This document shows, one piece after another, positions 48,600-60,931 of a DNA stretch of 64,000 nucleotides. Where the stretch lies: contig CM059430.1 of NCBI GenBank assembly GCA_030390025.1, positions 137,144,001 through 137,208,000 of the forward strand, given 5' to 3'. Made by a program: the position numbers and the translations under genes. The stretch comes from Squalus acanthias. Its lineage: Eukaryota. The first letter of the stretch is position 1, and each line of letters opens with the position of its first letter. Below the pieces are notes generated by a model, which saw nothing but the letters and a program-made list of their open reading frames with translations, made no database searches and was not told the DNA's origin.

Positions 48600-49283
48600 G
48601 TTTATCTCTCAACCTACATCTAAAAACAGATTATCTGGTCATTGTCACATTGCTGTTTGTGGGAGCTTGCTGTGCGCAAATTGGCTGCCACGTTTCCTAC
48701 ATTACAACAGTGACTACACTTCAAAATAGTACTTCATTGGCTGTGAAGAACTTTGGGATATTTTCAGGATGTGAAAGGTGCTATATAAATGCAGGTTAGT
48801 TTTTTTCTTTCTCTTTTTCTTTCTCTCTCTATATAGCACGAGTTGTTGAGTGATCAATTTCTCCTCCGTATGATAAAAATCAAAGCGGTAAACACTTAGG
48901 ATTCAGTGCCTTGTTTTCAGATCCCTCCATGGCCTCACCCCTCCCTATCTCTGTAAACTCCTCCAGCCCCACAACACTCACCGAGATATCTGCGCTCCTC
49001 CAATTCTGACCTCTTGAGCATCCCTGATTATAATCGCTCAACCTTCTGTTGCCTAGGCCCGAAGCTCTGGAATTCCCTGCCTAAACCTCTCCGCCTCTCC
49101 ACCTCTCTCTCCTCCTTTAAGATGCTCCTTAAAACCTACCTCTGTGACCAAGCTTTTGGTCACCTGCCCTAATTTCTCCTTATGTGGCTCGGTGTCAAAT
49201 TTTGTTTGATAACGCTCCTGTGAAGCGCCTTGGGCTGTTTTACTATGTTAAAGGCGCTATATAAAATACAGGTTGTTGTTGTT
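48600..49283 (+). mobile_element. Deu SINE tail (48600-48830) and L2 3' fragment (48918-49283)
   Basis: Consensus tails. Confidence 0.8.
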
Positions 49284-50200
49284 GTGATCACACTGCACAG
49301 TGCGTTTATCCAGTGAGAGATGGGACAGAAGGAGGGAGGCATTACCTTGTGTCTGCTGAATGTGTGACTGCAAAGGTCAAAGCTACATGACAACTACCAT
49401 GTTCAGAATTGCTCTGGGGAGAAAAAAATGTGAGATATAAAAATGGTAAATAAGTCAATTGAATTTGAAATTGCTTTTTTTAATCCTGTACATTCCAACC
49501 ATCTGTCTTGATGTCATTGGCCTGTTGCACTAGAGGTAACATTCTTAGATAAACAACAACAACAACTTGTATTTATATAGCGCCTTTAATGTAGTAAAAT
49601 GTTCCACGGCGCTTCACAGGAGTATTATAAGAGAAAAAAATTGACACCGAGCCACATAAGGAGAAATTAGGACAGGTGACCAAAAGCTTGGTCAAAGAGG
49701 TAGGTTTTAAGGAGCATCTTCAAGGAGGAAAGAGAGGGAGAGAGGCGGAGAGGTTTAGGGAGGGAATTCCAGAGCTTAGGGCCTAGGCAATAGAAGGCAC
49801 GGCCACCAAAGGTTGAGCGATTATAATCAGGGATGTTCAAGCGGGCAGAATTTGAGGAGCACAGATATCTCGGGGGTTGTGGGGCTGGAGGAGGTTACAG
49901 AGATAGGGAGGGGCGAGGCCATGGAGGGATTTGAAAACAAGGATGAGAATTTTGAAATCGAGGTGCTGCTTCACCGGGAGCCAATGTAGGTCAGTGAGCA
50001 CCAGGGTGATGGGTGAACGGGACTTGGTGCGAGTTAGGACATGGGCAGCCGAGTTTTGGATCACCTCAAGTCAGTGGTGAGGGAACGGAGTTTGTGGCGG
50101 GGACCGAAAACAGTGGCTTCGGTCGTTCCAATATTTAATTGGAGAAAATTTCTGCTCATCCAGAACTGGATGTCAGACAAGCAGTCTGACAATTTAGAGG

Positions 50201-50489
50201 TCATGATGTGGAGATGCCGGCGTTGGACTGGGGTGGACAAAAATGAGAAGTCGCACAACACCAGGTTATAGTCCAACAGATTTATTTAATTTTACAAGCT
50301 TTACAAGTCTTGGCTATGCTCTTTGATGTGGGAAAGATTTGAATATATTTTGTCTGTGTTTAAATTGTGAATTCTGGGAGATTCTCTCACTGCTAAACTT
50401 ACCTGACGAAGGAGCGAACTGCTCCGAAAGCTTGTAAAATTAAATAAATCTGTTGGACTATAACCTGGTGTTGTGCGACTTCTCATTTT
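50201..50489. mobile_element. Penelope-like insertion with inverted terminal-repeat arms
   Basis: 14-bp TSD TGACAATTTAGAGG (50187-50200 / 50490-50503); perfect 65-bp inverted repeat 50238-50302 / 50427-50491. Confidence 0.8.
50399..50437 (+). ncRNA. Minimal hammerhead ribozyme motif (PLE type)
   Basis: UUAC-CUGACGA-A-GGAGC gaacu GCUCC-GAAAG-CUU-GUAA. Stem I UUAC/GUAA, 5-bp stem II, palindromic stem III AGCU, CUU triplet. Confidence 0.7.
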
Positions 50490-50606
50490 TGACAATTTAG
50501 AGGCAGTGGAGGGGTCGAGAGAAGTGGAAGTGAGAAACAGCAGTACTATGCTAGACCAAACTGTGGTGAAACAAGCAGTCAAAGCAGGTTCTTGTTGTTT
50601 TACAAG

Positions 50607-51010
50607 GTGTCAGCTGTGGCTCAGTTGGTAGCACTCTCGCATCTGAGTCAGAAGGTTGTGGGTTCACAGTCCCTCTCGAGAGACTTGAGCACATAATCCA
50701 GGTCGACACTCCAATGCTAGTACTGAGGGTGTTGCCTTCTTTCGGATGAGACATTAAACCGAGGCCCTGTCTGCCCTCTCAGCTGGAAGTAAAAAATCCC
50801 ATGGAACTATTTTGAAGAAGAGCAGGGGAGTTCTCCCGGTGTCCTAGCTAATATTTATCCCTCAAGTAACATCATTGAAACAGATTATCTGGCCATTATC
50901 ACATTGCTTTTTGTGGGAGCTTGCTGTTGCTTTTCCCTACATTTGTAACAATGACTGTGAAGCGCTTTGGGACATTATGATAGGCGCTATATAAATGCAA
51001 GTTCTTTCTT
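50607..51010 (+). mobile_element. SacSINE1-like Deu SINE
   Basis: Head-core-tail. Confidence 0.8.
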
Positions 51011-51889
51011 GAAGCATCCTCCGCACTTCGAGGGAGTCTAGCCGAGCTTGATTGGTTTTGAAACCACATGGAGTACATTCACACGCTGATGCAGATAGCC
51101 CAACAAAATGGCCTCCCACTCTCTTGCCATGCAAAGTAACATGACTTGTACCGACACACCAGCTTATGTTTCCCCAGATCAATGTTGCTTCTGTTGCTCA
51201 TTGTATAGAACGACTCTGCGCTAAAACTGGACAAAGTCTTTGTTCTTTCTACGCGAGAAGCTTTAATTAAGTAGACCTTAGAGTGTTGATATATTCTGGT
51301 CTCCGGCCATGCCAGGCTTCCTCATTCAGCTTCTTGGGGCCAACGAACCTCCAGGAAAATATCAGCATACAAAATTGTCCTTCGTCCTAGGGACAGGCAA
51401 CGAGAGGCCGACTTTGCAAGCAACGCCCACGTCCCAAGAATGAATAATAAACAAAAACAATAGCTCCTTACCATTTCCGCAGGACAGCCCAAGATGCTCC
51501 ACGCACAGTGAATTACTTTTGAAGTGTAGAGACTATATTTAAGCAGACAAAAACATGGCAGTCAATTTGTGCACAGCAAGATCCCTGTGCCACCAAGAAT
51601 GGTTAAGGGAGTAGATAAAAGTTTGAAGCAGAGGAAGATTAAAGGCTATGGGAAGAGCACGGAGCAGTGGGATTAGTTAGCTCTACCAAAGAGCAGACAT
51701 AGACATGATGTCCCGAATGGCCTCTTGTAAAGTCCTATAGTTCTGTAGTTGTTACTGACACTACCTGTAGCTTTGCCACAGGGAATGTCCTACAAACAAC
51801 AAATAATGGAATCCTACCCTGGTTGTCGCAATGTCAGTTGCAATAGAAAAACTAATAGAATTAGATGTGATAGAAAGAGTTCACCCATC

Positions 51890-52276
51890 TCATTGAAACA
51901 TACAAGATTCTGAGGGGGATTGACAGGGTAGATGCTGAGAGGTTGTTTCCCCTGGCTGGAGAGTCGAGAACTAGGGGGCATAGTCTCAGGATAAGGGATT
52001 GGGAATTTAAGACTTGAGATGAGGAGGAATTTCTTCACTCAGAGGGTTGTGAATCTTTGGAATTCCCTACCCCAAAGGGCTGTGGGTGCTGAGTCGTTGA
52101 GTATATTCAAGGCTGCGATCGATAGATTTTTGGACTCTAGGGGAATCAAGGGATATGGGGATCGGGTGGGAAAGTGGAGATGAGGTCGAAGATCAGCCAT
52201 GATCTTATTGAATGGTGGAGCAGGCTCGAGGGGCCGAATGGCCGACTCCTGCTCCTAATTCTTATGTTCTTATGTT
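51890..52276 (+). mobile_element. CR1 LINE 3' fragment
   Basis: aggaatttcttcactcagagggttgtgaatctttggaattc; tail ttcttatgttcttatg. Confidence 0.85.
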
Positions 52277-52926
52277 CACCCTGATCAGGATAGAACAGGT
52301 TTCTACTCCGGGCCTTTTGTAGTCTCCAGAATGACCAGTTGATTCTGCTTAATAATCACCCTCAAGATTGTAAACTGATTCCTGAAACAGCAAAAATTCA
52401 AAATGGTTACGGTACTGCAGACCAGTGTAAGAAACCTCCTACAGCAATTAGATTTTAATTAACTGGAGGATGTGTTTACTTAGACCGCCTCTTGCCCTGA
52501 CCTCCAAGGCTGCCTCAGTGCAGCACCCAGACTACTCGTGATCAACACCACGGGACCTCAGCTAGTCTTTTAAACAAAATATAGTAACTCTCCTCCAGGG
52601 TCAGGTCAAATGGCTTTAACTGTAAACCACCAACTTTTGTATTAATGAAATCAAGCCATACAGATGTTCAAAGAGCAGAAATCTATTTTGCAATAAATTC
52701 AATTTGCATTTTAAATTAGGAGTAATTAGCATAACTCATTTGTTATTCCTAATCACAGCATAGTTTTGGTTGTGCAAAGACATGATTTACAATTTTTGAG
52801 TTATTGGAAAAGTGTATGTTCTAATTGATATAATTTCCATATGTTAAGGTGTGATTTGCATAATCCATTGATAAATTATCCCAGTACCTCAGTAAAAGAG
52901 AAAGAAGAAAGACTTGCATTTATATA

Positions 52927-53622
52927 GGGGGAAAAATTTGTTTGATTTGCGCCTAAGAGGGCGCTAGCGGGGCGCAAAGCAACTAGCGCCTGGGCGCTGC
53001 GCCGCTAACGCCTCCCGCGAAATTCAGCAGGAGTTTAGCGGCAGCGGTAACCGTTAGCGCCCCGCGGTGCTGCGCCTCCGGCTAGACGTCATCGCCGTGC
53101 GCAGCGCCCTGCTCGCGCCCCGGCTGCGATCTTCGGTAGCACCCCCCTGACTTACCGCCGGACGCTATGTCCGACAGGGTCATGGGGGCCTACCTGTGGT
53201 CAGGGTGGTGCAAATTAAAGGGGAGGTGCCGGGCGGCTATTTTTGTTGCTGGCCGCCTGTCCGCACCTGCCGTCACCGGCCTCCTGTTGAAGCCCCCCAC
53301 CGTGGGGTGCCAGCTGCGCGCCGTGAGCCCGGCACTTCTCTTGAATGCCGGGCTCTTTTGCCGGCACTCCGATCCCTGGTGGCCTAGCTGGGCCCCGGGT
53401 CGCACTGCGCTACTAGGCCCCTCCCCTTTAATAAGGGGAAGAAGGCCTGCAGTACCGCGGCGCGATCTTCACTCGGAGCGCCCCACGAGGGAGGCGGGGC
53501 GCTTCCAGTAGCGTTCCGCCTTTTCTTGGGGCGCTACCAGTGAATTTCGGGCGCCGGGGCGCTAATTTTTTCAGGGCGCTAAAAGTAGCCCCCGGCGAAG
53601 TTAGCGCTCCAATTTTGCCCCC
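52927..53622 (+). mobile_element. CpG-rich Harbinger-type MITE family A inserted in a Deu SINE tail
   Basis: TIR GGGGGAAAAATT / AATTTTGCCCCC, TSD ATA. Removing it restores the SINE tail gacttgcatttatATAg..tttcacgacc (SINE ~52900-53910, minus strand). Confidence 0.85.
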
Positions 53623-55184
53623 ATAGAGTCTTTCACGACCTCAGGACGTCCCAAAGAGCTTTACAGCGAATGCGGTACTTTTGAAGTGGAGTCACTGTTG
53701 TAATGCAGTAATGTAGGAAATGCAGCAGCCAATTCGCGCACAGCAAGCTCCCACACACACCAAGTGATAATGACCCAGATAATCTGTTTTAGGACATTGG
53801 TTGAGGAATAAATATTGGCCAGGTCACCGGAGAGAACTCCCTTTGAAATAATGCCGTGGGATATTTTCCGTCCACCTGAGGTTAACGTCTCAGTGCTGCA
53901 CTGGAGTGTAATTTGGGAAGGCCCGAAAAGAAAAGCAAGTGCTTGGCACCAATGTTTCCTCGAAACCACGCAGTAAAGGGAAAGGTCCCGTGCAGGCCGC
54001 TCACCGGCTTTTCCATTGTAAGTACCGCGTGTGCGTGGAAATTTAAAGGGACCGCGCGGTAAAAAGAACAGACCGCACAGAACAAAGCGCAGCGTACAGG
54101 GAACATTGCTTAGCACTCAGGGAGAAGGGTTATCCCTCGCACACTGGTAGCTGGCACAGTGTGTAAAGTGAAGTCAGCAGATATTTGCACTCTTCAATAT
54201 TGCCATTAGTCTCAAGGGACCAGAACCGCAGCTTTGCGCTCGATCTATTCCTTTTCTTGATATCACTAGTAATAAATCTACTACTGGCCACCATGAAGGA
54301 GCCCAACTAATGTTTAAATAAATATATAGTAGATCCCCCCTCAGCATTGTTTGTGTTAAGTCGGATGACAGGACTGTTTTACAAGGATGGTGTGACACCG
54401 AGTGGATTGTTCTGCCGCTCAGCTGAAGCTTTGTCACCCGGCCCTGCGTACAGGAAGGGTCGCTGAGGGGTTGGGAGACAAGCGGGACTGGGGAAAGACT
54501 TGTTAAGAAATCTAATGGGAGCGTGATAGATATAGAGCTGTGGAGGGGAGTGGAGCTGAATGCTGGGGGGGAGGGTGCAGGGGGAAGGGGAGCTAATGGA
54601 AGAATGGAAGAGCAGGCACGGAGGGTCTAAAGGAGGTGGGATGTGCAGTTTTTTTTAAATATTCATTCGTAGGATGTGGGCGTCGCTGGCAAGGCCGGCA
54701 TTTATTGCCCATCCCTAGATGCCCTTGAGAAGGTGGCAGTGAGCCTTCTTCTTGAACCGCTGCAGTCCGTGTGGTGAAGGTACTCCCACAGTGCTGTTAG
54801 GGAGGGAGTGCCAGGATTTAGACCCAGCGACAATGAAGGAACGATGATATATATGTCCATTTCAGGATGGTGTGTTGCATGGGAGTCTAAAGGAAATCTG
54901 GCGGTTGTGGGGTTGGCGGTTATGTGGGACTGGGAAACACTGGAGCTGAGCTAAATTTAATCTGGGGCTGCATTTGTACACATTTAAATAGAAGGCCAGG
55001 AGTGGGGCCTAAAGCGGGAGCCTGTAATGTCTGGACTCCATTTTGAAGAATGGTATTTTGGCAGCAGAAGAACACCAGGACTAACAGGAGCAGAGCGAGG
55101 TGGAGGCAAAGTCTGGAGGGGCGCAGGGCTGGCGAAACATTTATTTAAACGTAATAGGAGCAACAGAGCAGGCAGAGTGCAGAA

Positions 55185-55790
55185 GGAAGGTGGAAGGCCG
55201 GCCAGGAGTACATTGGAATAGTCAAGTCTGGAGGTAACAATAGTGTGGATGAGGGTTTCAGCAGCGGATGAGCTGAGGCAGGGGCAGTGACGGCCCATGT
55301 TTGGGAGGTATCTTAACTCGCACCAAGTCTCATTCGCCCATCATCTCTGTGCTCACTGAGCTGCATTGGCTCCCGGTCCGGCAACGCCTCGATTTTAAAA
55401 TTCTCATCCTTGTTATCAAATCCCTCCATGGCCTCACTCCTCCCAATCTCTGTAACCGCATCCAGTCCTACAACGCTCCGTGATCTCGCCGCTCCTCCTC
55501 CAATTCCGGTCTCTTGCGCATCCCCGATTTTCAGCGCTCCACCATTGGCAGCCGTTCCTTCAGCTGCCTGGGCCCTAAGCTCTGGAATTCCCTCCCTAAA
55601 CCTCTCCACCTTTCTCTCTTCCTGTAAGTCGTTCCTTAAAACCTACCTCTTTGACCAAGCTTTTGGTCACCTGACCTAATATCTCCTTATGTGGCTCGGT
55701 GTCAAATTTTGTTTGATAATCGCTCCTGTGAAGTGCCTTGGGACGTTTTACTACGTTAAAGGCGCTATATAAATACAAGGCATTGTTATT
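55185..55790 (+). mobile_element. L2 LINE 3' end with inverted 5' segment
   Basis: 55185-55305 encodes CLSSSAAETLIH...SRLDYSN.LLAGLP on -; 55309-55790 continues ILTRTK...LHWLPV through to the tail on +. Confidence 0.75.
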
Positions 55791-56502
55791 GATCAGAACA
55801 AATGCATACATGCACAAAAGTACATAAATATTATAATGGGCTATTATGAGATGGAGCAGCAACTGTATTGTAGGACGAATTATGGTGTCCAACTAGGTGT
55901 TGTGCCTCCTGTTCATTCAGCAGTATTCAAACGCTGATTTATGTCCAAACCAGTAAGCATCCCTGTTTGGCAACTCTAGTGTAGAAGAACTGAGACTGGG
56001 GGCTGATTGAGGCCAGTGAACAGCATGCACGTAATCCTGGTCCCACTGGGTGGTCCTTGGAAAACTTCTCCCTTGTATGTGACCCTTGATAAACTACTGT
56101 AAATAAATGGCTTGTTATTCCTTCCTGCCCCCAGAGGAGAAAGGACAAACCATTTCATCAGCTGCTACTTTTGAAATTGTTTAATATCCAAGGTGCTGCA
56201 TGGAAAATGGTCAGGCAGCGGGAAATAGGTTTGTTTATTATCTCCTTAAAATGATTTTGTATTAAAGTCCACGCTGATCCAGGCTCAGCCGAACTTGTGG
56301 GGTTGGATTGAAGGGAGACTCATTCTACCACTGCACAATTCCTTTTATTTTCAATTTACTTTGACTTTTAGCGATTCTGCACACTGCGGGCATACACGAT
56401 ACATGCGTGACGTGCTGCATGCACAAGCAAAGTGCATTCTTGGGTACGCATCAGCTTTGTTCCCAGGCATGTACAAGCTGTATTTCTGAGCACGCACATA
56501 GC

Positions 56503-57226
56503 AGGATAGGTCTTGACTTTGTGCGATAGTGTAAAAATGGGCAATACTGAGTCGGCAGCCCGTTTTGCATCTCTCCCGATTTTTATTTCCATTGACTTCA
56601 GCCAGGAAAGCTGTAATATGGGCTGCCAATTCTGGAAGGAGGAGAGCATGCCAGGGGATCTCAGAGACGCCGTAATTGTGACCATCTTCAAGAAAGGTGA
56701 CAAGTCCGATTGTGGTAATTACAGAGGAGTTTCCCTGCTGTCTGCCACAGGGAAAGTCATCGCAAGAATCCTCCTCAATCGCCTTCTCCCAGTGGCTGAA
56801 GAGCTCCTCCCAGAGTCGCAATGTGGATTCCGCCCACTAAGGGGCACAATGGACATGATCTTCACCGCACGCCAATTACAAGAGAAATGCAGGGAACAGC
56901 GCCAACCGCTGTACATGGCCTTCTTTGACCTCACAAAGGCCTTTGACACTGTCAACCATGAGGGATTATGGAGTGTCCTCCTCAAATTCGGCTGCCCTCA
57001 AAAGTTTGTCACCATCCTCCGCCTGCTTCACGACGACATGCAAGCCGCGATCCTGACCAACGGTTCCACCACAGACCCAATTCATGTACCTGTGAACTAA
57101 TTTTTAATGTGGAAGCAAGCCATCTTCGGCTCTGAGGGACTGCCTAAGAAGAGAAGGAATATGGGCTGCCAACTCGCTATCACCTGTTCTTGTTATACAC
57201 TATTGCACAAAGTCAAGATCTATCCC
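56503..57226. mobile_element. Palindromic MITE family C hosting an RTE insertion
   Basis: GGATAGGTCTTGACTTTGTGCGATAGTGTA ... TACACTATTGCACAAAGTCAAGATCTATCC termini. Confidence 0.7.
56630..57157 (+). mobile_element. RTE-clade LINE, 5'-truncated and internally deleted
   Basis: RT motifs IFKKGDKSDCGNYRGVSLL, PESQCGFRP, AFFDLTKAFDTV; 15-bp TSD AATATGGGCTGCCAA (56615-56629 / 57158-57172); AAG-like tail. Confidence 0.85.
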
Positions 57227-58030
57227 AGTGTGTTCCTTGGGCATGCACAAAGTGTGTTCCTTAGGCATGCACAAAGTGTGTTCCTTGGGTGTTCCTTGGG
57301 CATACACAAAGTATGTTCCTTGGGCATCCACAAAGTGTGTTCCTTGGACGTGCACAAAGTGTATTCCTTGGGCATGCACAAAGTGTGTTCCTTGGACGTG
57401 CACAAAGTGTGTTCCTTGGGCATGCACAAAGTGTGTTCCTTGGGCATCCACAAAGTATGTTCCTTGGGCATCCACAAAGTGTGTTCCTTGGACGTGCACA
57501 AAGTGTATTCCTTGGGCATGCACAAAGTGTGTTCCTTGGACGTGCACAAAGTGTGTTCCTTGGGCATGCACAAAGTGTGTTCCTTGGACGTGCACAAAGT
57601 GTGTTCCTTGGGCATGCACAAAGTGTGTTCCTTGGGCATCCACAAAGTGTGTTCCTTGGGCATCCACAAAGTGTGTTCCTTGGACGTGCACAAAGTGTGT
57701 TCCTTGGGCATCCACAAAGTGTGTTCCTTGGACGTGCACAAAGTGTATTCCTTGGGCATGCACAAAGTGTGTTCCTTGGACGTGCACAAAGTGTGTTCCT
57801 TGGACGTGCACAAAGTGTGTTCCTTGGACGTGCACAAAGTGTGTTCCTTGGACGTGCACAAAGTGTGTTCCTTGGACGTGCACAAAGTGTGTTCCTTGGA
57901 CGTGCACAAAGTGTGTTCCTTGGACGTGCACAAAGTGTGTTCCTTGGACGTGCACAAAGTGTGTTCCTTGGGCGTGCACAAAGTGTGTTCCTTGGGCATA
58001 CACAAAGTGTGTTCCTTGGGCATGCACAAA
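57227..58030. repeat. 24-bp minisatellite, about 33 units (GTGTGTTCCTTGGRCRTGCACAAA)
   Basis: Direct tandem array without spacers; explains the long repetitive ORFs. Confidence 0.97.
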
Positions 58031-59169
58031 CAACAATGCCCGATTATGTGCAAACTTAATTCTTGGGTGTGCAAAGACTTTTTTATATATGATGTGCTAG
58101 AACGTCAAGAAAGCAGGGTGTTGAGTGTGTGATGCAGTGGAGAGATAAGGTGACCAAGAGGTGTGGTATGCTTTAGATTGCATCGGGTGGGAGGGAGATT
58201 CAGATCAAGTTCGCCATGTCATTTGATGTTGGCAACCATCCAAATCAACATAGGCATGAGATGAACTTTACAACGGTGATGATTCAAATTACACAATTCA
58301 GGTGATTGATACCAGCAAATGAAGGTCAGATGTGAGGTGATTTCAGACAAAAACAAACCTCCGTTTGCCACAAAAGAAGGATCTGTCAGATTTGTTACAC
58401 TAATCGTATGGCCTCAAGTTTATTCACTGTGTTGTGGCTTATAAATATTACAAAGTAGGGTCAGGAGATTGAAATGTATGTTCCAATGGGCCAGCGTGAC
58501 CTTCAGTGATATACAGTACGATGACTGTTTTCTCAGACATCTGTCTGGAGCAGTGCGAGAGGGATTGTGGTCGCCCAGTATGGCCACTGTCTTTATTTTC
58601 TCAGAGCTGGATTCTTAACGGAGCCTGTTTTTCTTCAATCGCAAAGGTTCTTTGTTTAACCCCTTCACAGACCCACCATGATTTATGTCGACACTTTCAG
58701 GACAGCATCGAGTTCAGCCTAGATTAGTTATCTTTGAATGAGACAATAATAGATGGGAGGGTCTGTGTTTATTGTAGATTTTAGCCCACAAGGGAACGTT
58801 TTGGCATGAAGAAAAGGAACAACTGAACCCTAAGCTACTAAAATGTAGGCAAGGATACATCTTTCAATTGGATATTTTCCATTAGTTTGTCGGTACGTGT
58901 AACCTCGCTCATTTTTAAATTGGATTTTAAAATTTGCTGACTCACTGTAATTCTCCGCAATTTCACCGGCTCTGGTCAGTGAGTTTCCAAGACTGAACAA
59001 AATGACTCCCTTGGCTTTTAGCGTGAACCTTAGTGGCATTAGGCAGTCACCAGATGTGAGTGAGGAACCAGGTTAATGAATTTTGGGCCTTCCCCCCCTC
59101 TGAACTGGGTGGTTAGGAGGACCAATGACAACATCAATTGAGTCAGTCTTCTACTGACTCAAGGAAAGG

Positions 59170-59600
59170 AAAGGACTTTAATTTGTGTAGCTTGCTTCAC
59201 ACCCACAGGATGTCCCAAAATTGCTTCACAGTCAATAAATTACTTGTGCGAAGTGTGGTCTCTCTTGTTTTGTGGACATACACAGCAAACAATTGGTGTC
59301 CAGCAAGATCCCACCAACAGAATATTAGATTAAATAGCTGCTGAATCCATTTTGGTGGTGTGGGTTAAGAGATGAATGTTGGCCAGAGCACTCTCTCTTG
59401 CTCTACTACGCATTATTCCATGGGATCTTTGACAGTCACCTGAACAGGCAGACGTTTCATGTCCCATCTGAAAGACAGCACCTCCAACAAAGCAGCCCTT
59501 CCTCAGTACTGCACAGAAGAGTCAGCCTAGATTGCGTGCTCAGGTCCTGGAGTGGGCCTTGAACTCTCAAAACTTACTCAGAGGCAACTGAGCCAAATTG
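59170..59600 (-). mobile_element. Deu SINE, highly diverged
   Basis: catctgaaagacagcacctcc...cctcagtactgcac Deu core. Confidence 0.7.
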
Positions 59601-60931
59601 GCTCTTAAGCATTGACGTAAGAAAACTACTAGGCACTTGGTCTAAGCATTAAACAAAGCTTTAATCAACTGTTTTTCAACATGGAGATCTAGTTGTGTCC
59701 TTCAATAGTTCCTGTTAAAGAATGTCCTGAGCAAGCTGGGCCCATGCCCGAGTATTTATACTCTCCCTGGACAGCGCCACCAGCAGGCCGCCCAGTATTA
59801 TTTCATAAGTCATTTCCACATGAATGACAAGATTCATGTCAAGCATCGCTGACTTGTTCTCACCTCTGCTCTTCACCTGGTTGCACAGCCCGGCTTAGAC
59901 CAAGAAGACACCAGTAGGTGAATGACCAAACAGACGACCACATACTACATCTAAGGGGCATGACCTTCCAATACATTACACTGTATTACCTGCACTGAAT
60001 GTTGAGTTGCTTTGTGACATGTTACAACAAGGATCTGTAGAATGCTTTGGCACCCCATTGAAGGAGTGAGGCATGACGATATGTCAAGTAATTGAACTTA
60101 CATACAGTGCTTTTAAAACTGCAAGTGGAAAAAATTGGAAAGCGCTGAGGGGAAATGCAGCTAGTTTTAAGTTCATCACCAGCTCTCTATTTATCTTCAC
60201 ACGGTTGAATTTTATAGTAGGCTGAAGCCATTACGGTAGCAATCACCGTTATGGTTTCCTCGCTGTACCTGTCCAATCTTACCAATACAGAGTTTAACAC
60301 AGAAATGCAGTGCCTTTAAGCCAGGCTTCCTTCGGTGTTAGGTGAGGTGATCAAATAGTCGGAAACATGTTTAATAACACTAAACAAAGGCTGTGACTGA
60401 GCTCAGGAAAAACTGTCTTCTAAGAACAAAGCAATTTTGGATTTCGGAGACCGTATATCATTAGCCTGCAGCTCCACACAGCAGAGGACTGTGTGTTTCT
60501 CGCCCACACATCTAATGGAACATTGAGTGTAGAGTATCTCATTTATGCAAAATGCCTGTGACAGCTTAGTGTCCCATATCATCAGCACATTTATAAGAAA
60601 TAGGATATAGCTTTTAGTTAAATTTTTTTTTTTAATTGCCGTAGTGATTATGCTGTACTTTTGAAGTATAGGAGTTAGCACTGTAACGAGGAATAACTCA
60701 TCGCTCGCGCACCGCACATACAAAATGAGCACAGTGCAAATTGCAAAAATGTAACGGTAAGATCTGGCTTTCCATTTCAATTCACGTCCTTACACTAATA
60801 TTGTGAGGGGTTGCTTTGAGCAGTGAGATGTTTACTGGCGACTGCTAGAATGGTTATAGCAATACACGGTTGACACGCTGTGAAATGGGTCACAAATCGA
60901 TTTGTGAAATTGTTTTTTTATTTTGCTGCAG

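Larger units (their letters stand above)
49553..50530 (-). mobile_element. L2 LINE fragment interrupted by a Penelope insertion
   Basis: IQNSAAHVLTRTK...LHWLPV and CLSDIQFWMSRNFLQLNIGTTE peptides. Confidence 0.85.

Noticed and set aside
57107-58132. Long ORFs of 256-341 aa in five frames; possible CRISPR-like array
   Set aside because: Artefact of a stop-free 24-bp tandem unit. There are no unique spacers and no cas genes, and the context is a vertebrate intron.
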